A program made the translations under genes and the position numbers. DNA of 64,000 nt from positions 2,604,001 to 2,668,000 of the forward strand of contig OZ234494.1 in the NCBI GenBank assembly GCA_965153455.1, read 5' to 3'. Shown one piece after another: positions 25,790 to 38,468 of the stretch; position 1 is the stretch's first letter; every line of letters starts with the position of its first letter. The notes beneath the pieces were generated by a model. That model was not told where the DNA came from. It saw nothing but the letters and a program-made list of their open reading frames with translations, and did not search any database. Source of the stretch: Sphagnum compactum. Its lineage: Eukaryota.

Positions 25790-26850
25790 CTTTGCAAACA
25801 ATTTGACTTTTAAAGCCTCTCCTTCCTACTTTCTCCAACTAGGAACTTTATCCATACCAAACCCAACAAGATTGTCACTTCTATGACTCTAATGTGGTAG
25901 TCTTAATTCAAAACAATTCCACTTCTCATAATAGTTATCAATTACACAACAAGCTATTGAAATTGGTACTATTATATATATTCTAGAATTGAAATGGGTT
26001 TAATCTATCCATCTATTTTTTAAGGACCCAAATGTATTCTTTATAACAACCCTCCTTGTGTTCATGGCTACATCAAATTTTCTTTCATCCACATCCAATG
26101 GGTTTTAATCTTCCAATTCTTCTACAAAAATCTTCAAATTGGATAAGCTACATCTCTAATGAAATAAGGAATGCACCTAATACCTCCAACAGTCACCATG
26201 GGTTCCTCAACAATCTCACAATTCTTCAACGTTTTGTAAATACTTGAGTTCTTAAATTTCTCACCGTCATAAACTACTTGGAGTTGTCCTACACATACAT
26301 TCCAAAATACTTTATCAACATCACATACAATTTACATAACAATGTTATGAAAATTATTTTTGTGTTAATTAAAAACACTCACTACCAATGTGATCTTGCT
26401 TGAACATTCTATTAGTGGAATTTAGGTTCCATCAATTGATCCACAAATGTTAGGCAACCTTTTACGATCCTTTAAAAAAATTATAATTTCTTGCAAACTC
26501 TCCCCATTTATTTGTTAAATAACTTTTCCACATTAGTGAAGACATCAACATATTTTCTAATGGTTGATGCATCTACATTGAATCAATATGCCATATGTGT
26601 TACACTATATCCATGAACAAACATGTATATAACAATAGCCACAACCTTTTTAAATTTTTTTATTATGGCTTCAAAGGACTCAAACAATATGATTTGCAAG
26701 TGTGGTGTTAATGATAAAATTAAATTATTGAAAGCATCATATGTCATCCTATAGTACATCAAGTATTTTTTGGTGCAACACCTCAAGTGTGGTATGCCAT
26801 ACATTAGTCTCCACAAGATCCCAATGAATGTATTACCATGGCTCTTTTCA
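25790..26850 (-). mobile_element. Degenerate PIF/Harbinger (HARBI1-like DDE nuclease) transposase remnant
   Basis: Minus-strand motifs YRMTYDAFNNLILSLTPHL, AIVIYMFVHGYS, LPNICGSIDGT*IPL (about 26415-26460), VCDVDKVFWNVCVG, RDVAYPI and GRVVIKNTFGSLKNRW appear in canonical order, with many stops and frameshifts. Confidence 0.8.
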
Positions 26851-29838
26851 TTGCAAATGAGGAAGATGTCTTCTTCAGATCCTAAAGATTCCCCAATAAA
26901 TTGGAAGGATTTTCATTCCAATTAAAAGCTTTTCTTGAAAAAGAATGCAATGAACATTTGATTTCCTCGAAGCATATTTGTGCAAAGTAACCGAAAATAA
27001 CATCCAAATCAAAAGAACTCTCCACACAAATGCATGATCCATGTTGTTGAAGATATTACAAACCTTAAATAGAAAATGAAGCACCTCTAAATTTAACAAA
27101 TTCACCCAATTTTTGAACACTACACACTCTAGAAAATGTGTCAATGGTAACAACAAAGTTTCAAGTAGAATCTAGTGCAACAAATGACATCCACAATAAT
27201 AAAGTTTACATTGAGTTGACAACAAAGAAAAGCTTGTGCACTATTTGTCTAAAGAGCTAGAGAAGTTTTTGGGACCTTTAACTATTGCTTCGTGGCCTAG
27301 TAACTAATTACAAATTAGATTTTCACACTCCCTCTTTCCCATTGTTTATGGTAGCAAACCACAAATGGCAAATGCATGTGCACTTTGGAGGCAAACCATT
27401 TGCTTGCCCATTTGCTTTTATGGTGAAGACCTATTAAGCGAATTTGCGTAACAGATTGTTCACCTTTGAAGAGGCACATGCATGGCCCATTGTAACACAA
27501 ATTTTGACAAATAAATAGTGGGACTCTCAACATGATAACATCATTTTCTGCCTCATTACTAAAGTGGGAGCTCAAAATGACAAACTAAGGTGTTTTTCCA
27601 ATACAAGTGGTACAATAGGGATAACATTTTCTTCACCAACACCATCACATTGCAATTGAAAGCCTTGTTGGTGCACTATGGTGGAGATCTTTGAAAGCCA
27701 TCCTATTGAAACAATGCCAAAATTGAGGCCCAAGTTCAAATCTACCTTCACTTGGCATCGAGGGCATTCATTTTGGGAGTGCCTCACTCTTCTAACCTTA
27801 CCTTAAAATTTAGATCCTTCTTGTTAATGTTTTGGTTGTTATTGGGGAAACAAACAAACAAATATTAAGGAAATTGAAAATAACATATTGAAAAACAATT
27901 ATAACTTAGCGATGCTCCTCCAGCTAAAGTTTGAAAAAGGCTAAAGTTAGCTTGATCATCCACAATGTTTTATTATGTATGTTTGAAGAGAGAAAGAAAG
28001 GGGGTTTGGGGGGGGGGCGAGACCTTGAAGTACCTTGTTTGGACACATTAACCAAATTCCTTAAATGGAGATTTTCCTCTTGTTTGTTTCACATTGGGTA
28101 CCCAATCTTTCTGTTGTCAACTCCTTTTTTTAAAATACAAAAACTTAGTTTTTGCCATTTTCAGAGAATTTGCCCAAAACATACCCTCCCTTCAAAAGAG
28201 TTTTTCTTGCAAAGGAAAATTTTCTACCAATTTGTCCATTTTGACAAGGTAGTCTACTTTTAGGTTTAGATTATGGTTGTCATGAAAGAGTAGCAATGGT
28301 TCCACCAAGCATTAGTCTCAATCTCAACCTTTTATTTTTTACCTCATTGCAACTACAACTGCATTTTTGCAACATTTCTTCAACTCATTTTTAGTCATTC
28401 TCACAAGCTTTTTGCAACAATTCTTCTTCTTCCCTTCTCCTTCAAATTTCTATAATTTTTGACACTAACAAACTATTGCATTTACATAACCATTGGGTGA
28501 GGGCACTTCACAACATTAGCTCACTACATGCAAGTTATAAGTGATATCATGTGCACACCACATCGTGCAATTAGTTGTCGCTCATACCGTGTCAACCCTT
28601 CAAGGAGGGCACACCATTGGCCCATTTTTTCATAACCTATTATTAAGTATGGTCAAAGGGGAACGAGCGATTACTTGGCACTTACCAACAACTAATTATG
28701 TGTAATGACCAACTCAAGCTGAAAGGCTATTACACATAATCTCACCGATCGATCGTGCATATAACCTAGCAATTCTAGCTACTTACTGAGTCCATGTACA
28801 ATTGAACCAGACCAAACCAATAGCCACCGACAAGCCGTCCATTGAAAGCTTGTTATGACCAATCTTGGAAGGTTCTTGGATTTCAACAAGTTCAGGTCAA
28901 GTTTTAAAATCTCCAGACCAAAAGTCGCAAGTTGTTTTGGAACTACTACCACTGGAACCTAATCAGAGAATCAGAAGGAGTTTCTCTTGAGCCTCAACAA
29001 GGGGTTTTCTGAATAATGAGGTGTAAGGAAAGGTCCATGTACCTATTAAGAGACTGCTAGGCAAAAACGGCAAATGGGTTTTCCAGGCAGCTGGAGAAAG
29101 CAATATGATTCTCTCAGTGAAGCAAAGGGAAATGTGTGCAGCTAAGCCTTGTACCCCATTTTTCTTATATCTTTGCAATGTACTTTAGGTATCGGAGGCA
29201 CCTGAAAGTGAAACCAAGCACTGATTGCACCACTGATTGCTTTGAAACTGGTCAAAGATTGCAACAGCCATATTGCCCCAGTAAAATAGCTTGACTGCCA
29301 TTTATAATGGACCTGACAACATACAGAGCATACAATAGCCTAAAAGATTATATACCTCTCACTGAAGTGACTTCAAGCTGCAAATTTGCATATGATCACC
29401 AAAGCCAATAATGGCTGGCAGTTAGTCTGCCACCATGCTACAAAAGACTTGAAAGGGGAGGGGCTGCAATACTCCAATCTCCTCCTCTTTGCTGTGCCTG
29501 CAACTTGCGCCAGATGAGCAATTTTCTCAAAGCGTCATAACAACATTCTATGTTGCTGGCATGTCTTCTTTTTTTATTGCCTTCTCAGTTACATGAAAGA
29601 TGGTTTTTGAGCTTGCACCAAGAAAAACTCCATCCCGCCAGACCTGAAAGAAAGGATCTTCAGAGACAAGCCATTGCCAGTACTTTTAAAGCCTCTTGTG
29701 AAAATATCGAAACCTTGACTTAGTGTAGAAAGAGAATCCCAGTAATAATCACCACCATAAAGCACAAGACCGTAATATCTTCTTTTCTATTTGAGTGTAA
29801 TCACCTCATAGCTCAATGATGAGAGAAGGGGACCCATC

Positions 29839-32800
29839 TCAGCCAAATGGATTGCTACCAGCTGTCTGATAAAGGAAAGGTGATCCACCATATATGGCCC
29901 CCGCTGGTCCTGCTGTTGGCCTGCACCAATATATCCATACCCAATCTTAACAACAATCATAGAAACCTTTTGAAAGCTCCAATATTTGTAACCAGCTAAT
30001 GGCAAAGGACACAAGCACAAGAATTAGAGTTCTGTGATCCACTTTAGCTATCAAGAGGTGTAGAACATGTAGACAATGATTTTGGGTACTTGACAATGCA
30101 GATGACTACATAAGATACAGAGATCAGTGAGTGACTTACAAGTGGTTGGAATACCCATATCCTCCTGCAAAGTTGCAATACAATTGTCAGGAATAAACAT
30201 ATCACTCCCAAGAAAGCTACAGAACATCCTGTGCTTACAGAACTGACAAAATGAAACCCAAGAAGAGTAACTTATATAAGTCCCAGCTAGCATATCAGGA
30301 CTCAGGAATTTCCAAGATGTTACGGACCTTGATTTGCAGGAGGTTGGTATGGTGGCAGGGGCTGCCCCCATTGCATCTCCACCTGAGGAAGAGCTGCTTG
30401 CAGAGTCCCCATACTAAACTACAACCCCGCAACACATACAATGGAAGCAACTTCAGCTCTCATCTCTTGTCAGAGCCTTGATGGCATCCACTGTTTCAAG
30501 AACTCTACACCACCAGTGAGGCAGCAATGACTTGGCCTCCATCTCAGCAGTATACATACAAACTCAAACCTCTTCAGAAGTCAAGCTCCAACAAATCATG
30601 ATATAAACTCTTTCCTGAGAATGTAGCCTCCACTTTTGCCCCAAAAGGTTGAAAACATGAGGGTGCAATAAAAACAAAATAAACTGACCATCACACGGTA
30701 AAGGAGATTGCAACATGAGTCAAAGTGATCATACAGGAGCCGGTGGGGAGTCATCATCGAATGGGTTCCGAGTCCTAGGTGGCAGACCATTGGACTGTTG
30801 TCCTGCCTGCAAGCAAAGAATCTCCTTGAAGTTTACAATGTGTACAATGTCCAATACCTGACAGTTTCATTTTCTTTTAAAAGGTTTGCATGAGTATGGT
30901 GGAGTTTATCCCATTGTCAAAAACCCTAAGTGCAGATGGTCCAGAAACAAAACTCACTGCCAGTTGTGCTCCCACTTGCTCAAATGCACTGCTTTGTAGG
31001 CCCTGTTGAGTTTCCACTCCTGGTTCTATACGAGCTGCTGGTGTAAAGAAGTCCTGGGAGTTCAAGGAAAGCATCTGATCAGCTATCACCTAAGTCCAAA
31101 GAAACAATCTCTTTCATTCAGCACATGCACTTTATGTCGACACATCAGTCTCTCACAGGACTGTCTGAGATACTCTCAGAAGTTGCACTCTATTTTCTTC
31201 CCATCAGAGTTCTGGGTGAAGTCAAAGTCTGATCTGGGTACCAAACACAACTTGGGCTTCTCATGTGAATTCAATATTCTTCCACAATTTGAACAAGCAG
31301 CTGCTCTTCAGAAAGAACAAGACCACTTCTGAAATGTCCACCATACTCTTCTCCCTCTTCGTCAGAAACCCACTTGAAAAGCACCATCTCCAAAACCTTT
31401 ATGAATAATCGACTGTGTCAAAACCCAACTTTCAAGGAGCACAGGAAACAGCAATCAGGATATATACGTGGGGAATCTCTCGACGCTGTCTGGTCCCACC
31501 AGAAGCTGCAAATGTCTGTGATTCTAGAGGACCTGGTTGCAGCTGCTGCAGCCCACCTTGTGTAGATGGTGGAGCTGGTGTTGAGACACTGGCTAGCATA
31601 TTTAGTTGCTGCCAGAACAGCACACATACCGTTAGAAGCATTTCTGCTACAAAATTGAACAGAATATCTTGGAGAAACATTGAGTGGAATGAGTAGGTGT
31701 GCTCTGACAAGACATAAAACTATACGAAATGCATCCTCCCAGACCTTACCTGAGTTACAGGAGATGCAGTCGAAAGAGCAGCTGATGGTTGTGCCTGAAA
31801 GGCAGACCAAGCATCAGCTGCACCTGTACTCGGAGTCCAACCCGCAGTAGCCCATTGTGTTGAGCCATTTGCAGTGCTCGAAGCAAAAATATCAGGATAA
31901 CCATTTGGAGGAGCAGTTGTAGCAGCCAAATCAAAAGCTGAAACACCAATGTTACTGAAGGACACATTGCTTGCTTGTACCCCAAGAGAAAACGGGTCAG
32001 AAACAGGTTTGACTGTTGAAGCAGGTGCAAATGGGTCAGCAACTGCAGCATTAGGTTGAAAGGAACCACTGGGTGGGTCTGAAGCAGGTGGAAATGCAAC
32101 AGACACTGCGGTATTGGGTTTTGTAGGTTGAAATAGATCACCCAGAGTGCCATTTGCAGCAGATGAAAAGGGGTCCATGGTGGCTGTGGTTGCAGGGGGT
32201 GCAAATGGATCTGAAGCAGGTGTGGTTGTTGCAGCAGGCTCAGGTTCAGCACTGAAATCTATCAGGCTAGCTGATACAACACGTTTATGAGCTGGGGCTG
32301 GAGCAGGGGCTTCTCCATTCCCCAGGAAGCCCAGACTATGTGATCGTGCATCCTTCTGGAGTCCAACCTGACATTCAGAAACCACAGTGACCACACAGTT
32401 CCCATCAGAAGCTAGAACAGGCAGAAAAATTGATCATATGGAATTGCAGTATGCCCAGAAGATTACACAAAGAGCCAGTCTCACCGGTGGTGCGAGAGAT
32501 TGTGTTGGGGTCTGAGCACGGGCATTAGAGTGTCCCTGGTCAATGCGAAGAGAAACATCTTCCCCTAGAATATCCTTCAAGGATCGCACAGGTGGAGGTA
32601 TGCCTTCAACAGCTCTAAAGGTGAACTGTTCATCGGGCTTGGGCCTATCACGACTGCTATCACTTGCCCGTCTCTCTTCACGACGAGCTTCATCTTCATA
32701 ACTTCGACGAGCTGGTCGTCTCTCTTGTTCAAAACGACCAGGACTGCGCTTCTCCTCATACCGGCTTCTCTCAACATCAGATTTGCGTGTCCCAGATCTG

Positions 32801-34771
32801 TCTGCAAATCGTCGGTCATCTTTGTGGTCCTCGTAAGAAGGACTTCGACGGTCAGCCCCAAAATCCATTCGTTGCTCTGGCTGCCGGGAATCATATGCAT
32901 CCCCACGTTCACCCTAAAAGCAGATAACATACAGACTTGAGCAAACTTGAGCAATGCACACACAGACTAAATGAACATAAATAAACCTAGACTCAAGACA
33001 AGAGACAAACCACCTGAAGAAGAACCAAGGTTGTACAAAAGAACTAATTACAAACCTGTCGCCCTTTTGATGGTGTTGGTGGTGGTCTTTCCCCTGTGAA
33101 GCGCCTTTCTACATATACCTGCTTTATGAAATTTCGCAGCTTCTCAGGGTTACTGCACGTCAAACCAATCTCACTTCAGGGGTGTAGACCAGCAGTTCCA
33201 TAGGATGACAACTCAAGCCTTCCACACAGACTTTGCAAATTTATAAAGCAGAGATGGGTGAGTAAAATGCCTGCTATCTGGTAATGGGTTCCGTGCCATG
33301 TCATACTCTTTCAAATAAATCTCCCGACCACGCTGTAACATCAAGTCAGTGTTATAGACAGACAGTAGTAGATAGAGAACCGAAAAAGGACATTAACTAT
33401 TCCCATCAAACTCGGAAGTGCAAGCAACTGATGAAACTCTACCTGTCACACAATCACCTTACAATCTGAAAGATTTAGAATTCAGAGAGGTGCATCACCA
33501 GACCTTACAAAGCCAACACTCTGAAAATGCAGGATGTTACCTCATTGCCACCTGCTTGAAGACTAGTAACTTCAGCTGGACTAAATTTGGCCATCGAGAT
33601 AGACTTTATTCGATGTGTGAACTCCCGACTGCAAGCAACAGATTTACCAAGGTGAGTTCCCCCTCATCACTCATGCCTACACATGGGTCAGGTGTTCTTA
33701 GGGGCAGTTTTCTCCCATAACCCTGTCTAGCTGCCAACATTGTCATTACCCAGGATGCTCTCCTAAGAGTAGCTCCCAATTCCAACAGATATGATGGTTC
33801 ATTGCACTTACCAAATGAACAGACAATCTCATTGCCATGCTGAGATCAATATGAAGCTGGCATGAAGACACTAGATTAACAGGTGATGCAGCACCAAATG
33901 AAAATGTAGAAGAGTAGGCCATCTATGACCCTTACTTGGGTAATGGCTTTGCAATCTAGATCAGAGTTGAAATACAAAGGAATACGTGTGACCTAACATT
34001 CAATACATGATTCCAAATAGGCAATGGGATGGTGGGGGGGACAAGGCACTTACTGCACACCGCTGCATTGTGTGCAGACAAATATGGAAAAGTTTGTGCA
34101 AACATATTGAGGTCCCTGTCAACCCAGCACTCTCTAAATCAGTACCACTATGTGTTTTCATTGTTAGCACAGAATCCCAAAACCAAAAAAAATTTCTCAA
34201 GTCAATTCCCCGTTTGCATTGTGTGTGCCAAGAAAATGCCTCAACCAGAATGGTTTGAGAGCATAAGTATCCACTTCCGTGCAGGTCAGCCAATAATTTT
34301 CCTTTGATCTCTTGTTATCGTCACACATCTGGAACTTCATGTGTGAGGTAGTGAAGAAACCCATACTTCATCCTGTACTATGCTGGGTACTCCCAAGCTG
34401 CAAAGATAAAATTATCTCCAATGTTGCCTATGAATCCATTTATCTATGAAAAGGAATCTTCCTTTTCACAGTCAAAACTGCTGGATGTGGATATGGATCA
34501 GGGAAAGAGCATCTATGAAACATTCACAGACCCCGTTGTAGATGGAAAATGATTTTCCAGGCAAGAAAATCTTCATGAAGAAACCTGAAAGACATTCAAA
34601 AGTGCATCTCTGTGCATGGGTTTCCCAATATTGATAGAGCCCGAAAAAAGGAAAGAGGGGAAGGATGCTAACCACACTGTCACAGTTGATGCAGCGCTTG
34701 TTTTGGGGCATCTTTAAGAGCTTCCTGATCACCATTTCATGCCGCTCATCTTCCTTCATCCTGCTCCCCAT
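29839..34771 (-). CDS. AGD14: ArfGAP with C-terminal NPF motifs (AGD14/NIG/ZIGA4-like, AGFG/Hrb type), 13 coding exons, 653 aa
   Basis: Exons: 34771-34673, 34115-34054, 33628-33541, 33332-33271, 33152-33056, 32913-32485, 32367-31750, 31608-31468, 31053-30958, 30806-30735, 30418-30328, 30164-30140 and 29920-29839. They sum to 1962 nt with consistent phases. Zinc finger: CINCDSVGPQYVCTNFSIFVCTQCSGVHREFTHRIKSISMAKF...LQAGGNE...LRNFIKQVYVERRF. Later motifs are REIPHDFF, RNPFDD, FSMGTLQAALP and a terminal SNPFG*. The symbol names the closest family known to me. Confidence 0.93.
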
Positions 34772-34783
34772 TTTGCCTAAGTG

Positions 34784-36422
34784 CTGCAAAAACAACTGCA
34801 ACTCTCTTGGTCACCAAAAGCTATCACCTGCTATTTACAACTTCCAAAATCTCCCACTTGCCTGCTCCTTTATGTGCCATCATCAAATGTCAACCCCAAG
34901 TAATCAATTCGACTAGCATAGCCAATATGAGCACAAAATAAATACAGGCAAGCCAGTTTTGAATGGTATCGAGTATCAGAGAAATAAACTGCAATTGTGA
35001 AGAACAGAATGCTTGAGTACAATGCCCACTAACAACAGGACTCTTAAGAGCTTGAATGACAGAAGGATTTGTGCTGGAAGAAAGACACAACTCCTATCAC
35101 TCTGATCACCCAACCCAATGTGCTGAAAAAGAGGTCTTGCAAGGACTGAGGTGCATAAAAGCTTGGATTGTTGTTGAAGGATATAAGACACATAACTGAT
35201 CATGATTGAAATCTTGTTACCCAATAAGACAAACTGTCATACCATATGTGCATGGAACACAGATACCATTGACCAAAAAATGTGTGCTCAGAGTCACAAA
35301 AAATCATATTGACAGATTAGGCAAAAGAAAGATCTGACATACATGAAAGCACAGATGATTGAAAGATAGGGGCACAGAGAAGAAGAAGAGAAGAAGAAAG
35401 CCATCTCATGCCCCCAGAAAGCCATATCATGGTCCCAAGATCTCATTCTCCCAAAACCAGATTGAAAAGAGCATAGACAATCCAAGAGCTTAGGTTAAGA
35501 CTAGTTTGCATATAGGAATGAGTTTCTGGATGTTGAAAGAAGAAGTGAGAGGGGCAGGAGGCAAAACACAGAGCACAACTCAGAACTTGAACAATTGAAC
35601 AACCCAAGTGTAAAGAAAAGAAAAAGCAGATCATGAACTGAAACCCTGACAAAAGTTGGGGGGGGAAGGGGGGAAGGTTGCGGGAAGGGGAGAGACAACA
35701 CAAGCATGCAAATGTAGGACTCTCTTAAGTGAAGACCAAGTACCACACATAGGCATAGACAGAGCTTTTTCCAGATGGTTCAAGGAGTGTGTGTGTGTGC
35801 ACAAGGCAGAGAGACATCATATAAACAAAATCATGCCTTGAGAAGACAGCAAGATCAAGTATAAGATCTCATTACCCAAGAACCAGAACAAAGCCTAGCC
35901 ACTGCCAGGACTTAGGTCAGTACAAACGGGGACAATGGGTGAAAGAGAGATAGATCTGGATGGTTCAAAGAGAGGCAACAACAACTACAACACAAGGTAA
36001 ATGACATACCATAATCACGAAAAGCCCACAGACCATGCCCTAGATCTCTCATTTCTTTGACACAAGAAAACCACCCCATGGCAAGAAACAAACAAACAAA
36101 GCATACCCAATGCAAGAAGGAGGAGGAGGATTGAGGTTAGAACCAGAAAGAGACAAGGTATACCCAATGCAACAAGAAGAAGAAGAAGGATTCAGGTTAG
36201 AACCAGAAAGAAACCAAGCATACCCAATGCAAGAAGAAGAAGAAGAAGAAGAAGGATTGAGGTTACAACTTTTGTTGACAACAAATGAATGGGCCTTTGG
36301 ACGCTTGAAGAAGTTAGAGGGAGCAAGAGAGATGGGTTGGTAAGGATCACACAAAGGCAAATACATACCATATACGTAGCACGCCCCCAACTGCTTTTGC
36401 TTTCCCTTACTAACTCACTCAC
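34784..36422 (-). other. Probable 5'-UTR intron of the ArfGAP gene
   Basis: Acceptor gtttttgcag| lies 12 nt before the ATG. The donor is a|gtgagt at 36422 (alternatively 36418), next to a CT-rich leader exon. Confidence 0.55.
36100..36268. repeat. About 60-bp tandem repeat, 3 copies, with variable (GAA/GGA)n core
   Basis: atacccaatgcaa(gaa)n ggatt.aggttagaaccagaaaga is repeated. Confidence 0.85.
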
Positions 36423-37326
36423 TCAATGCTTTTGTTGAATCGCTGCTGGAGAACATTGTGAGCAGGGGGATGATGGGGTGGAAGAAGAATGGGCAAGGCA
36501 ACAAAACAAAACTAAGACAAGAGAAGAAAGGAGAAAAAATGAAGAAACAGGAAGAAACAAGGCAAAGCAAGCAAAGGGTGTTATGGGTTTGATGTTGTGA
36601 GATGTATGTGGTGTTTGTGTTGCGTGATTCAGATGCGAAAAACACACACACATACACAAAAAGGGATGGGAATCTATCTATCGGCGCGGCAAGTCTTCTA
36701 CCCACCTAACTAATCATGCAAACAGGGGGGCAATAATAGATAAAGAGGGAGGAAGAGGGAGGAGGAGGAGGATGGGGGGGGGAGGGGGAAGGTGGTGGGA
36801 GATTCATCATCGGCACTACTGTCTCTTTGTCTCTTTCTAACAATAATGCACTTGTTCTTCCATCCTCCACCATCTCATCCCACTAAAACACTTCTTCTTC
36901 TGCTCTTGTTTGTTTCTGCCCATTACATTGGATGGAAATTCTTATCCTTGGCCATCCAAATTTTTAAACCTATCATTTAAGTTTCAAATTTAGCATGTGA
37001 TGAATTAATAATGAATTTTTTCAATTTCATCATCAGGAATGAGAAATAAGAACAAGAAAAAATAATAAAACCAATGTATATTAGTAATATAATTATTATA
37101 TACATATATTATTATATAAATAATAAATACATGTAATAATGGCTTCCTAAATAAATACCTAGTGTGGATGCTTGCTTCCTGCTTCATCTTGGAGACTCTT
37201 ATCTGGCTGGATCTAGCAGCCTGGAGGAGAGGAGAGGAGAGGAAAGAAAATAAATAAATAAATAAATAAATAAAGAAAAGCTCTTTGACTGGAGAAAGAC
37301 AAAGAAAATGTGTATAATAACAATAA

Positions 37327-37719
37327 GGCCCGTTTCACACTAAGAATTAGGGCCAATGTTCAACTCAAATCAAGGATTCCTATTGGTGCAAAAAGTTGAA
37401 TTCAGCCCCACAGGCTTTACACTAGGAGTCTAGGCTGAAATAGAAAAATTCTTTTCAATCTGCATGCCCCAAGTTACTAATAAATGCTGAACTTGAATGG
37501 CCTCGTAGTATTGGCCCTAAGGTTGAAAAAAGGATACCATGGAATTTGAGAAGCCAATTTGCAACCCCTTGGGGCCAATGTTTCAGCATTTTATTAATAT
37601 CATGATGTCAATATTCTAGCATTTATTAGTAACTTAGGGCCAAACAACGAGCCCCAAATGCTCAAAGTTGGCTCCCAAGTTTTTTCTCGGGCCCTAAACT
37701 CCTAGTGTAAAGCGACCCC
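37327..37719. mobile_element. Tourist-like (PIF/Harbinger) MITE
   Basis: Imperfect TIRs ggcccgtttcacactaagaattagggcc and ggccctaaactcctagtgtaaagcgacccc, flanked by TAA on both sides (37324-37326 and 37720-37722). A partial internal TIR copy lies near 37414. Confidence 0.75.
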
Positions 37720-38329
37720 TAAGGCACCATTTGGAGGCCATTCCCCCAAATGCAGAGCTGAACTCAACTTTTGGGGAATGTGCCCCCGACCGACCCTTCC
37801 GCCTCCATCCAGGGGCCTAAACCCATTGTGAAGTGTAGAGTAACAGCCCAGAAGGAAGGAAGAGCCAGCCCAAGGCGTAGCCGAGGAGCGTAAGGGGAAC
37901 TTTGTGATGAGGTTGAACATAGCGTAGGTCACGAAAGTAGAGTAATGCCCAAGGAGCAAAGCATCCCCAAAATAAGCGCCCACCTCAAGTGCTTGTTTAA
38001 GGAATGCCCCCAGTCCGAGGGCATTATGTAAGGTGTAAGAGACCTCTTGTATGACCGGTGTAAGGTGTGAGAGGCCTCTTGTAGGCCCAATGTGGCTCAT
38101 CAAAAAAATTTGAGTGACATTCAAGGTGCCGTCCAAATACACTAGGAAAAAAATTATTCCGAGTATGTACATTATTTCAGAGAGAAATTCGAAAGCTCGG
38201 GTGGGTGGATGGCGAATCAAAAACAAAAATAGAGTATCGAATGTAGGAGTAATGAAATACCCAATTGTTGTAGTATAATTGCAAGTTCACTCTAGTGGGA
38301 CAATAATTTTATTGTGGCATCTCTCTCTC

Positions 38330-38468
38330 TATATATATATATGACGGGATGGATGAAATGTCCGTCCGGTTGGATGACGGGACGGATGAAATGTCCGTCC
38401 GGTTGGATGACGAGACGGATGACGAGACAGATTACGGGGAAGCTTCACGACGTCCTTTACTATATATA
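38330..38468 (-). repeat. GC-rich tandem insert between (TA)n runs, possibly a Helitron 5' end fragment
   Basis: atgacggga.ggatgaaatgtccgtccggttgg occurs twice, plus gacgagac.gat. The minus strand begins tatatatagtaaagg, like the start of the Helitron at 43406. Confidence 0.45.

Noticed and set aside
37702..38226. 174-aa minus-strand ORF
   Set aside because: It has no recognisable homology, spans repeat boundaries and has a non-ATG start.
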